From: Lama glama
Lineage: Eukaryota
Length of the DNA stretch: 64,000 nucleotides
Assembly: GCA_028534125.1 (NCBI GenBank)
Contig: CM052839.1
Span: forward strand, 41,726,001-41,790,000
Direction of reading: 5' to 3'
The notes below the pieces were generated by a model. The model ran no database searches. It was not told the origin of the DNA and saw only the letters and a list, made by a program, of their open reading frames with translations. Shown here in pieces: positions 1 through 12,500 of the stretch (position 1 is the first letter of the stretch; every line of letters starts with the position of its first letter). The position numbers were made by a program, and so were the translations under genes.

Positions 1-379
1 GGGTTGTATCTAGATTCCAGTTTACCTTAATGATAACATTCACTTTTAAAGCACTGAAAATCCAAGGCTTTCCCTGTCCCTTGGAAGTCAGCGAGTGAAA
101 GAGTACACAGGGAGCAAAACATATGTGCCCCCGAAACTTAGGGTTGAAAGGGGGGAGGCTGGCAGCCCTGCAGCTTCTTCTCCATGGCCCTCTCCCTCCT
201 GGCCTCAGAGAGTGGACTTCAAGCTCACTGCCTCCAGGACAGACCGGGGGCCCTGGTAGTCAGTGGCACCAACCTCTCCATGCACTGCTCTGTTGTTTAG
301 ATGATACTGTTGCATTTCACAATCGCTGCCCGTTCCAGCAGCCTGGACTTAGGGGACCTCTTTCTTCCTTTTTCCCCAG

Positions 380-509
380 ATGCTGTGCCTGTGACAGAGC
401 CACTGGGGTTTGTACATGTTGGGGAGGAGCCTTCCTTTCGGGGGTGACCACCTTCCTCTGGGCATGCCTGCAGTACTCTGGGCCCATGGACCTGAAGGAG
501 AAGCATACG
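380..509 (+). other. TMEM94: TMEM94 exon carrying 5' UTR and the distal start codon (ATG 486)
   Basis: Strong polypyrimidine tract tttcttcctttttccccAG ends at 379; donor ACG|GTAGGC at 510. The non-coding first exon lies upstream of the window. Confidence 0.85.
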
Positions 510-3500
510 GTAGGCCACGGTCGGTTCCCTCATGGGTGTTGCCTGTGTGTCTCTGTTGGGGTCTCCCTACCTGTGTTTTCCTGGAGGTCCTCATCTGGGG
601 GCTTTACACCAAAAGTAAGGGAGGGGGCGTGGCTCTGAGGCTTGAGATATGTAATTGTGATCCCTCTGAGAGATATTATTGCTCAGCTGGGACACACAGG
701 CTCAGGGAACTGTGACTTAAGGTCAAAGGGTGGACCAGTCAACATAGCTGCATGGGAGCCGGTTTCTGATTTGGTTTGGCTCCGAGCCAGTCTTCCACTC
801 TTTGCCCAGGGCTGTGTAATTTCATTTGTTGGCTCTTTGCTAGGGCTCTGCCCCAACCTGCTGGGCTGTGTTGAGTACTGCTGGGCACCCTCTCTGTGGT
901 TAGGGAAGAGCTACCTGGTCAGACTCCAAACACAGCTGTGGGATCAGCTGGGGGTGGGCATCCCAGAGGTCCAGGTGTCCTCCGCAAGCCTGACGTAGGC
1001 ACCATGGCCTCCAGGTATGCCGTCTTTGCGCACAGGTAGATTTGTCATGGATCAGAGCATTCCTCTCCTGGGACGAGGATTGCCCTAGAGGAGGTCCTTC
1101 CTCCTGGACTTCGGTCACACCTTCCTCATAGGCCCGTCTGTCTCTGATCTTCCATCACTCGGCTGTCAGGGAAAGCCATCCAAAATGCAGAGCTGAACCT
1201 TTGTTGCCCCTGCTTAAAAGTTATCACATTGCCTGCTGAAACCTTTAGTGTGGGGTACAGAGCCCTCCAGAATCCTACTCCTGCCCACCCACCCAGCGTC
1301 CCTAGCTTCCCCTGCCTCTGCCTTTACCGCTATTAATTCTGAACACTTCAGAGTTTGGGCACACACTCCACATTTAGGCTGTCACCCTAAAATTATCCCC
1401 ACCCTTTTAAACTTTAAAAATTGTATTTAATTTTATTTTAAATTAAAAATTTTTTTAATTTAATTTTTTTTAATTTAATGGAAGTACTGGGGATTGAACC
1501 CAGGACCTCATGTGTGCTAAGCATGTGTTCTATCACTGAGCTACACTCTCCTCCCTTATTTTTTGATTTTTAAAAAATTTTAAAGTTATTTTATTTTATA
1601 ACATTTTTAAATTAAAAAAAATTTTTTAATTAATTTTTTTTTAAACTCACCCTTCTTCCTTCCAAACTCCTACTATTCTTTCTTCAAAATCCAATTTAGT
1701 TGGGGAGGGTATAGCTCAGTGGTATAGTATATGTCTAGCATGCACGAGGTCCTGGATTCAATTCCCCCTACCTCTGTTTAAAAAAAAACAGATAAATAAA
1801 CCTAAAATTACCTCCCCCCAATGAAATTTTTTTTTAATTTAAAAAGGAAACAAACAAACTAAAAGAAACCCAAAACAAACAAAAAAGACCCATAATTTTA
1901 TCCAGATACAGCCTCCTTCACCCTCCAGAGTTGCTCCTTTCAGTATTCATAGCACCTCCACCATCATACTGCTCTGCTGTCTTGATATCACCTGTCTGTT
2001 TATCTCAGTGTTCTGGCTCCTAGCATAGAACCTGGCATGTAGCAAGGGCTTAGTAAATATTTATTGACTTGAACTTATGGATAGTGATCTTCCTGCCAAA
2101 GAGATCTTGGGAGGTCTGGAGAAGGAGCTGTGGGTCCACACTCTGGTGCCTGGCTGACTGCTGACATGTTCAGCTCCAGGCTTCACGTGCCTCTGGATCA
2201 GCTGTGGAAGAGGCTCATGGACCTGAATTGGAAGCAGGTGTGTTCAGCCCACTGTTTACAGATGCCCCTGGCTGCTCTGCACGTGTCCATCCTAGCAGTG
2301 ACTGGCACGCAGGGAAAGCCGCCCTTGCCTCTCCTTTACCCTGGGTGCAAGGCTGCTGCATACGGTTGCAAGGGCTGTGCACTACTCAATTCCAGGGAGC
2401 ACCCCGGCAGAGGCTATGATGTTGTGCATATGGTGGCCTGCCTGGGTGAGGCTGACTGTCCCCAGAGTTGTTCTGTGGTTCCAGCCTATTGCTGAAACCC
2501 CCATTCCTAGTGAATTGAGGAAACAAAGTTCCGTGGTCCAGGGGGCTGGCTTCTTTCTCAAGAAGAATACTTGTGAGCCCAAGGTGGGTAACTCTCAGGG
2601 GGCTTTTGTCCAGGAGGGTTTTTCTTTTTCTTCTTTTTCTTTCTGAATAGATGAGTCCCACCGTAGGAAGAGTCATCACCATCATCATAAGCCATCTTTA
2701 TGGAATGCTTCCCTTGGGTTGGTAGAACTCTAGGCACTGGGGGATGGCCTCTGGCTTGGAGAGGCTTACGGTGTAGTTGAGGAATTAATAGCACAAGCAG
2801 CTAAGCAACAGATATGATGGCATTTCTACCTGAAGTACCTTGCGTGTTGTGTAAATGGGTTTCTATAGTTGATCTCTGTGGCCTCCCACAGTCGAAGGCT
2901 TCTTGGAGACTAAGGAGTGGGAGAGCTGGTGTGGTGGTAGTGGATGGTAAGGTGGCCTGTCATCACCTTGCTACAGCCCAGGATCAGTTTGGCTGTTGCT
3001 GGTTGGTTTTTTGCACCTCATCCCCTTTCTCTTGTGACCTTTCCTCAGTGTCCCTTGCAGAGACTCTTCTCCCATCTCCAGTCCCCCAGCCCATGGTGGA
3101 TGTGCTGTGGCAATGATGGTCTGGGTTTCTCCTTCTCAGATACAGAGCTCTGCCTCTCACTTGCTGAAGTGGGTGGTGTTGGAAGGGGGCAGGACGCCAG
3201 AGGGCTGCGCTGGGGGCCCCGTGGAGCACCCGGGTTAGACCCTACGCACTGTTCTTCTAGGGCCTGGTGCACAGGAGGGAGTGTTTGTTTAGTTGTGGTG
3301 CCTGTAGAGCAGTGCCTTGGTAGAAAGCTAAAGGGGGAGTGTGACCTGGGAGTGGGACACTAGGGGACAGGAGTCTCTCCTTGGCAGTTTGCTGAGGCTA
3401 CAGCCCGACCACACAGGCAGCAGCCATCCTGAGCGGCTGGTTTGGAAGCTGGCCCCCCCTCCCCTGGCCTGCACCTCATAGAGACTTCCTGTCCTTAACC

Positions 3501-6500
3501 TCTGGACTGCCAGGGCCCCTCCTTCTCTGTTCCCATTCGGCTCTGGGTTAGGTGGGGCCCCACAGGGAGCTGTGCTAGAGAAGGGGGAGGGGAGAGGCTG
3601 GCTGGAACTCTGCTAGGCTCTTTCTTCCCTTCCCTGCAGATGAGATGGTGTCGTCTAGGAAACAGGGCCCTGGAGTAGTGTACTCGGGCTCCAGACTGCG
3701 CTCTGGTTTTTGGACCTGTTAGGCTGTTTCTGCTCCCTTGAGGTTTTCCAGCCATATCCTCAGGGTGGCCTGGATAGAGGCAGAGACATCTCCTGTCCAC
3801 TCCCAGGGTCTTTTGCCCCCTGCATCACCCGGGAGGGTCCGTGCTGAGAGCTTCCTGTACGTCCAACTCGGGGTCCCAGAGTGATGCCCAGGCTCTGCTT
3901 GAAGCCCTGGGAGGTGCTGAGATGGGAGCCCTAGGTCACAGGCCTCCTCCTTCTTCCTGGGATGAGGCCTCATGTCTGCAGGCAGTGTCCTGGTCCCAGT
4001 AGCACTTCAGCAGGTGTGTCTCAATGCGCCCGGGTGGTTATTAGCAGCTGGCCGAGCTCTGCACTCTCAGATTAGTGGCTGTTGGGTCTTAGGTGTTGGG
4101 ATCCCCAGGGGCCCTTCCTTTCAACTGGCTCTCCCCTCTCCTGCTGGATTCTCCTGCTGCTCTGCCCTCCTAGAAGTCACTGCTCCAGTTTTCTCAATTG
4201 CCAGTCCTTCCCCCTCCATGTAGGATGTGCTGCTATTAATAACTCCCAGGTCCCCTCTCCCCTCCTTCCTGCAGCTCTAACTGTGGGAAGAGCTATTGTT
4301 GGCATGGCTCTGCGCTGGGGGTCTCAGTGATCTGGGGGGCTCTTGTGGACGGCAGGCTCAGCAGAGTGGAGCTCTGAACCTTGCTCAGTGACTTGGGACC
4401 CAGGAAAGGGAGTCTGGGGAGAGAGGCAGGTACTCCTTTGATACCAGCAGTTGCCCTCGGGGCTCCGGGGCAGCAGCCATTTCCCACACAGCTTCTTTTC
4501 CCCACTGTGGGCATGTCCGTACCCCCTGGGCTGCACATCGCACCCTATGGTGGCCTCCTCTGAGGAAGGGGCCAAGCCCCTGGACATCTGGCAGAACACC
4601 TCCAAACTTTCTCCTCTCAGCCCCTCCCCCTCCCTCCCTCTGTCTTGCCCCTCCCTCCCTGCCTCCCCGTTGCAGCGCTGCTGCCTCCTCCTCCCTCCCT
4701 AAATCTGCAGCGTGACTGGAAGTAGGCTGAATTAATCAGCAGATTGAAGCTCCACTCTGCTGCTGCTGGGTTCTCTGCTGCAGGGGCTCCTCACTCACAG
4801 GCTCTCCAGCTCTCCCCTCTCCTCTCTCTGTCCCTGTCTTTCTCTGTCTCCAAGGGTGGTGTCGGAGGTTCTGTGGCTGCCTCGTTGTGGCCCAGGGGCT
4901 ACCCCATGCTCTTTAAGCAGGCGGAGCTATGGATGGCCCATCAGGGCAAACGAAACAAAGTGAGTATGCCAACCCGGCTTGACATGCCCATTCCAAATGC
5001 CTTGTTCCCCGCTTTGTGTCGGAGGCTTCGGGTTAACAGTTGGCATGAGTCTCAGAGATGGATGTTGAACCGGAGGCAGCTTGGATTACGAGGTAGTGAG
5101 GACCGTGGAAGGAGACTGGGAGTCGGGGCCAGACAGCCAGTGTGCTACCTGCCAGCCAGGCTCCCGAGTCACCCACTGCAGGCCTGGGGCCCAGGTTTCC
5201 CAGTGGGGCATCCTGTCAAGGTGTGCTGGGACCTGGGTCTCCAACGCACAAGGCATGGCTGCCAGTCCCTCCTCGGGGCCAGTAAGGGGGCTTTTCTCGC
5301 TAGACCGCATGGGTCACTGAGACAGGAGCCACCAGGGCCAGGGCAATTTCTTCCTGGGTCTTGGAGGTGAGGAAGAAGATGGGTGAAAGAGCCAAGGTCA
5401 GCATGAGCCTGGAAGTATGAGGAAGAGGAGGCGCCTCTGCCTGAGGCTTTGAGTTGCTTGTCTGCAGTCGATTTGTGTCTGGCCAGACCCAGAAGAGATT
5501 TATGGTGACTGCTCTAAGGGACCCTGGTGTGTAGTGGCCGAATCTCAGCTTCAGTTATTCAGACCCCAGGGAGTCCAGCTTTGGGTCCCCTCCCACCTGC
5601 ACTGGCCAAGAAGGCTGTGACAGTGGGGACCTAGTGGTTATCTGCTGTTGTCAAGGCCAAAGGCAAAGACAGATTCATAATCTGTCTACTTGAGCCTGGG
5701 AGACCTTGATTCCACTTTCTCCCGAAGTAGGTGGAGCAGCTGCTGTGCTGCGGGAACTTCTGAGGAGTCCTGAAAGGACAGGGGCTGGGGGCTTCTGGTC
5801 CTGGGCTGCCCGAGAAACCTGACCCAGGTGGCCCGGGTGACTCAGGTGGGTTGGCTCTTGAAGGCTCGTTAGACTGACCCAGATGCTCCAGGCCCTGAGG
5901 GCCTGGTTCTGTTTCGTAGCGGATTCCTTGCAGTTCTGACTTGACGGAGAGTTCTTTCACCACCTGCGGCTCCCCCAATCCCCATGCCTGGCCCTGTTCC
6001 CCTTTGATGATGGAACAGGAAGTCCAGGGCCTGAGGGGCATCTGCTGGGGGCCTCTCCTGAGCCCACACTTCCTAGAGCCTCTGGTTCCTCTGCTGGGTC
6101 CACTTGAGGCTGAGCAGTTAACAGCGGGACGGGACTACTTCTACCTGAAAAGCGTCAGTGTCAGGAGAGAGGCAGGGCCTCGCCTCCCCTCTGGTGTAGA
6201 AGCCGAGCTTAGCTATTGCTCCTCACCTCAGGGACATCCGGGGAGCGGGAATTTCTGAGCATCTGGGAAGCAGGAAAAATCTCTTACTGCCTTTGGGTAC
6301 TGAAGGCTGGGGCAGATTTTCCTTGCCCTTCTTGGCTCTGGTGGACGAGAAGAGCAGAACTCAGATGGCATGTGTTCGACTTCTTATTTCTCAAACCAAC
6401 CCCATCCTCGCCTGGTCTCCCTGCCATGTGGGGGTGCCCAGCCTCACTCCCTGCTGTGAGAAAGGCTGGCAGAGCCCGCTCACCAGTGAGCCCTTTCTGA

Positions 6501-9500
6501 ATTTCCTTTGGAAAGTGTGAAGGTCTTTTCCCCATTTCCTGGGTGTCAGCTCTTACACCATGTCAGGGAAGAGCCACAGCACGAGAGAAACAGTGATTTT
6601 ACCCATAACCGGGACCCTCCTGCCGGAGACGGGGTGGAGAGTTGGCACTGGGCTCGGTGGGCGGCCGTGGCAGTTGGATAAGAGGGGTTGGGGGACTGTG
6701 GAGAGTCAGCTGGCCTGGAAGCCTATGTCCTTGCCCCGGGGCCAGCCTGTGTGGGCAGGCACTTTCTTGAGGAGGCATATAATTACAGAATGGCTTATTT
6801 TTCCACTGCCATGCTGGCTTTAATCGCCAGTCTGGAGTTGGTGCTTCAAGCCAGACACAACATGCGGGGGCAGACACTCCGGCAGCTCTGCAGCCACCCT
6901 CTGCCTCTGTGGGCCCTGCCCTGGGAGCACCTGCCACCCTCTGGCCTTGCCTCCCACGCCCAGAGAGGAGCAGAGTGCAGGTTCTAGAAAGCTGGAGGCA
7001 GGAGTGAAACGATTGCTGGGCAAGGGGACGAGGGGGTTGGGGGAGGCCGTGCCTGGAAGAAGGCAGCGGGTGCAGGGTGGCCACAGGGTAGGTGGAGGGC
7101 AGTTCCTGAGCATCCATGGTCCAAAGTCCAGGCCCGAGGAAGGACGCTGCCCCAGCTATCCATCTGCTCCGTCAGCCTTTCTCTGCCTTCATGAGCCTGG
7201 CACTCATTCCAGAGGGAGCAGTGTCCTAGGTGATCCTGCAGCCCCCTAGGACGCGTCGACCCTTCCCTTTTCTTGCCCGCACGCATCCTTTCCCCCTTTG
7301 CAGGCCAGCCTTCCCCGCCTCCAGGAGGTTTGCTCACTTTATTGCTTCTGGTGGCCTGGCCTGGGCAAGTCCATCCTGGGAACTCCCACATCCCATGGCA
7401 GGGAGGGAGCTCAGAAGGTTGAGCCTGAGGGAGAAAGGGGCAGGGATCCAGCCTTCCAAACTGTCTTCTTCTTGGGCTCTCTTGGGAGGGGCAGGCCCTC
7501 TGGGCCACCCCCCTGGACACGAGAAGGCCTGTGGTCCCCCTGTCTTTCCCCTGCCTCCTTCCAGCCACTGGAGGCTTTCTTCTCTCGTGCCAGGAGTCGA
7601 GGAGGCAGAGGTCCAGACCTCGCCTTACGTGACACTCCTTTGTCCTGGACCATGGCCTCTCAGGGCCAGGATCCCTGCCAGAGGGAGATGAGCACTTTGG
7701 GGTATAGTTTTTACCCTTTCTGGAGTGCTGGCTCCTTGGCTGGAGGGCCATTTCTTCCTGAGCTGAAATAACCAGTTATCCCCTCTGGGAAGAAGCAGCT
7801 CTCATCCTCATAATCCCCCAAAGCCGCCGTGGAGAGTGGGGATTTGGTGAGATTTAGGCAAGGGATCTGGGGAGTCTTTGGGCCTGGCCCGTCCTCATCC
7901 ATCAGGCTGAGGGAGCTGGTGATGGGCCAGCATGGAGTGCTCCACTGAGGTGCACCTCACTGTGCCAGGTCTGCAGCCATGGGATGCTGCCCCCAGTCCG
8001 TCAACAGCTAGTCGTGGAGATGTGTGTCCAATGAGAGGCAAGGCTGCTGAGGAGGGGGCTGGATGTGGAGGCCGGCAGGGAGGAGGAAATCCAGAACCTG
8101 AGTGGGCAGAGCCAGGGCAGGACCCTGGGGAAGGCAGATGGACAGGAGATAGGAGAGAAGGGGGAGGGCCACGAGCCCAGGTGGCCAGGGTGACACTGGC
8201 TCTGCGACCCTGGGTCAGGACTCAGCAGATAAGCCCTGGCCCTCTGTTGGTGCCCCAGGCCTAGGGCTTCGCTCCTCTTGCTCAGGAACTTCTCCAGGTG
8301 GAAGCCCACATAGGTGCCCTTCCAGTAGCCCCTGGAAAAGACTCACTCCTCCCCCAGGCACAGCCTTCCCTGGGGGCGTTCTTCTACCCAGGTCCCCCGA
8401 CAGGATCTGTGCATCAGATCCAACCTGGGCTGGGCCTCGCCTCCAAAAGTTCTGATTCAGTACATCTGGGGTGGGGCCTGGACATCCACATGTGTAAAAG
8501 CTCCAGGTGTTTCTGCTACAAATCCTGGGTTGACAACCCTGATTAGGGTGTCACTGGGACCCGCGAAGCCACATGTACACTCCTTCCTTCCTTCATTCAG
8601 CAGGTATTCACTGAGCTGCTGCCCTGTGCCAGGCACTGTCTTAGCGGTCGGTGGGAGGAGTATAGAGATGGAAGAATTCAGTACCTGTTTTCAAGGAATT
8701 GGCAGTCTGGCTGGAGAGCCAGACAAGTAAATCTGTAATGACAGTCCTCCACGATGCCGACTAGGGGCCAGGTTGCCCGGGGTGCTGTTGGAATACAAGC
8801 CTCCCCCTATAAATGCAGCCCTGGGTTTTGGGAAATTTTCCCAGAGCGGGTGATGCTTGAACTGAGTCTTGAAGGAGACGTAAGAGTTGTCTGGGGCAGG
8901 GAGTGTGTTCTCGGCTAGGAAAATACAGAAAAGTATTTGCATGTGAGCTGGGGGAGCAGGGCACGCGCAGCAGGAGCGACGGGAAAGGAGGCTGTAGAAG
9001 CTGGCAGATCCCAGGTCACGCTCAGAGTCTGGGCTAGATTTTAAAGGTAACTGGGGTCAGTTGCACTCACTGGCTGGGGTGTGGCAGTTGGTTTGGAAAA
9101 GGTAGGGACTTGGGGGGTTGGAGGGAGCAGGAGGGGTTAGGGTAAGGGTAAGGGGCTGGGTTGCCTGGGTGAGGTGGTAACTGCAGGAAGGGTGCTGACT
9201 CTGGCGGGGAGGTCCAGGGGGCAATTTCGGGGTTTTGGACATATCAGCTTGTAGGTACCTGTGAAGCAGCTGTGGGGCAGTTCAGTAAACAGGTCACAAT
9301 TCAGGGTACCGGTCAGGCTAGAGGTACAATATAGGAGTTGTAAGCTTATCGGTGGTGGGTGAATCCATGTGGCTGACGTTGCCCTGGAAATGTACATGAA
9401 GTTTTCAAGAAGATGTCGTAAGGTGGACTGTGGGGTAGACAGACAGGAAAAAAACAGGAGAGAAGCCCAGGAGCATGGGATCTCAGTGGGAGAGGTCAGG

Positions 9501-12500
9501 CCGTGGGGTCACACGGGACAACGTGCCGGGAGCCACCCCCGTCCATCCACCACCCTCAGTGAGATGAGGGTGCGGTACAGTCGGTGCCGGTCCTTTCCTG
9601 GGAGTGGCTGTCTTGTTTCTGAGATTGTGTCCTTCCCAATGTCGTGGTGTCACAATAGCCTCCCTTTTATGAAATGGTGGTAACAGAAGTTGGTGGGGTT
9701 TTTCCTTAACGTTCTTACTAGGAACAAATAAACGCTAGCATCTCTAGGTTAGTTTTTTTCTCCCCACTTAAACAATACTTATTTTCTGACCCAGGAAATC
9801 TGAAAGATGGCAGCAGTAAGCTAAGTCGGGAGGCCAGTGGTGAGCATGGTCTGAGTGGGGCCAGAGGGTGCTGATGGCAGAGGGTTGAGAGTTGAGTGAG
9901 AGATGAGTTAGGAAACATTGAGTATAGAAAGTTTTGTTTCTGGTTTGGTCATAAACTTGGCTTTGAAGAGCAGAGGACTGTGTGCTCTAACGTCTTTTAA
10001 GTTGGTGGAGATTTGAGCATGCTCACGCCCAGAGGGACTGGGGCTAGTGGAGGTGGGGAGGGCAGGGATTTGGGAGGAGGAAGGAAGGTTCTAGGGGCGT
10101 GGGAGGGGAAGGCCCCATCGTGGCAGGGACCTGGGCCTCCGGGGAGATGCTGAGTACCTCCCGCTTGCCTCCAGGGCGAGCCACCCTTGGCCCTGGGCCT
10201 GTCCACCCGGAAGGCCCTCAGCATCCTGAAGGAGCAGCTGGAGGCCGTGCTAGAAGGACACCTGAAAGAGCGGAAGAAATGTCTCACGTGGAAGGTGAAG
10301 CATTGTCACAGGGAGCCCAGGGCCTAGTTAGGACGGAGAAGAGCTTGGGAGGCTCGTTCCTGGGTCCTGACTTGCCCTGTCACCCTGGGCAGTGAGACCT
10401 GTTCGAGGCATCACTAAAACTCAGAAGGACACCTGGGTTCCTTTCAGAGTGATGTCCTGACCCCAGCTGGGACCGAAGTGAGAAGACAAAGGTGGCCACG
10501 GGGCCTGAGTCGGGTGGGTGTGGGAGAAAGGTGGCCAGATTCTAGCAGGACGGAGAATCTCAGCTCCCCGCTCCCTCCTCATCCCCCGGCCTCTCACTCC
10601 CCGGCCTCCTGCCCCTCCCTCCTCAGGAGACGTGGAGAAGCAGCTTCCTGCACCACAGTAACCGCTGCTCCTGTTTCCACTGGCCGGGCGCCTCACTCAT
10701 GCTCCTGGCTGTGCTGCTGCTGCTGAGCTGTCACGGGAGCCAGCCGGCCGGCAGGTACACGGCCGTGGCCCTGGGACAGGCTTCCTCCCGCCTCACACAG
10801 CTTGGGGTCTGGGCTTGTCCCTCTCCTGCCTCAGCACCCACCTAGGACGTCCTGGGGAGAGGGGCTCCTGCCCCTGGGTTGTGTGGGAATCCTCAGTCCC
10901 TCGCTGGCTGATGTCAGGACCAGAATGAGAGACTCTTCAGAAGGGAGTGGGGAGGAGAGTCTAGGGCCTGGGTTTGGCTGGGCTGGAGGGCCCCCCGACT
11001 CCCTGCCTGTACCCCCTCACCTTTTCCTGCCAGCCACGGCGTGGAGCTGGTGAACGCCTCTGCGCTGTTCCTCTTGCTGCTGCTCAACCTCATCCTCATT
11101 GAGCGGCAAGATCGGCTGAAGCGTCAGGAGGTAGAACGGAGACTCCAAGGGATCATTGACCAAATCCAAGGTGAGGGCAAGGGGCAGATGTGTCGGGTGG
11201 GAAAAGATGCCCTGGACATGTCAGAGCCCTCGAGCTCCCCTCCTGAGACCCAGCTGGGTGTCCCAGCACGTTGGCGTCGCCTGTGGTCAGCATTCTGGGG
11301 GCTCTTGTCATCAAGAGGGTTGGAAGGATGTGCTGCCCTCTTATGAGCATTGCAGTGAGAGCCGTGGGACCACTGTGGGCACCCAGGCAGGGGCCTGGGC
11401 AGGTAGGAAGGCTAATGGCAGCACAGTAGACTTGCAGTCTTCCCCAGTTGATCAGGAGACTAACAGAAAAGACCCTCTCTTGGCAGGAGGACAGTTGAGA
11501 TTTTTCTCTTCCAAGTCTGTCTTGTCTAGTGGTCCTGGGCCAGGGGAGGTGGGAAGGTGGACCAGAGAAGTCTGAGATACCCGTGAGCATCAGGGTTGGG
11601 AGCAGGGAGCTAGAGGCCAAGGCGGAGCAGCTCAGTTCCTAAAGAAAGGTGTTGCTCAGTCAGGTTTCTGCTCGTCCTTCCTTTCAACTAGTATTTATTA
11701 AGCCCCAGCTGTGGATGGAGGATCACATTAGGCTCTTTTGAGAAACGCTGGCTCCTGCTTTCCCAGGCATGAATGGCCTTGTAAGAGAAGCAGTTCTCAT
11801 GAGACTTCTCTCTAGTAGTGCTGGGCCATGGAGGTGTAAATGCTAAGTGAGGATGTATTGGTTCATTCTGAAATGATTGATTAATTATGACCACGTGCCA
11901 GGCACTGGGAGTACAACAATGACTAGAGGGCTGAGCCTTGCTCTCCGGGAGCTTAGTCTCTTGCTCAGGAACCATCGATGGCTCCCTCTTGCTTATCAAA
12001 GCCATCCCACATGGCTTCCCAGAACCCCTGGCTCAGGCTCCAGCCTTCCTCTCCAGCCTCTTCTCTTCTTACTCATCCTCACGTTAAAACAACCCACCAG
12101 TCTTCACCCACTGCAGACTCCCCTGCCTCTTTGCCTTCATCCTGCTGTCCCTCTGCCTTGAGTGCTTCTCCCTCGCTCATCTCAGACTGACAAAATCTTG
12201 CCCATTCTTCAAGACCCATCTTAAATGCTCCCTTTTCCATGGAGCCATCTCTGGTCACCCCAGCTCTTCTGTGCCCCTGTGGCTCTGGGATCTTTCCCAG
12301 CACTCTTAGCATGTGTTTGCCTTGTTTGACTTTATCTGCCCATACGTCTCATCTCCCCTTTTGGTTGTGACTCTGAATTGTCTCAACATTTGACTTTTGT
12401 ACTCCTTTTGGGGCTCAGCACACCTCTCAAAGCCCGCAGCAAAGTTAGCGAAAAGTATTTAGTGAAATGTGTTTGAATGGAACTGGGGCACAAACAATAG

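Noticed and set aside
1702-1775. tRNA-Ala-like sequence as a functional tRNA gene (also the copy at 1480-1555)
   Set aside because: Stems are degenerate, the B box of this copy is mutated, and both copies carry A-rich tails with no T-run terminator: SINEs, not tRNAs.
6984-7751. 255-aa minus-strand ORF and neighbouring intronic ORFs in TMEM94
   Set aside because: No recognisable domain or splice logic; composition typical of random GC-rich ORFs.
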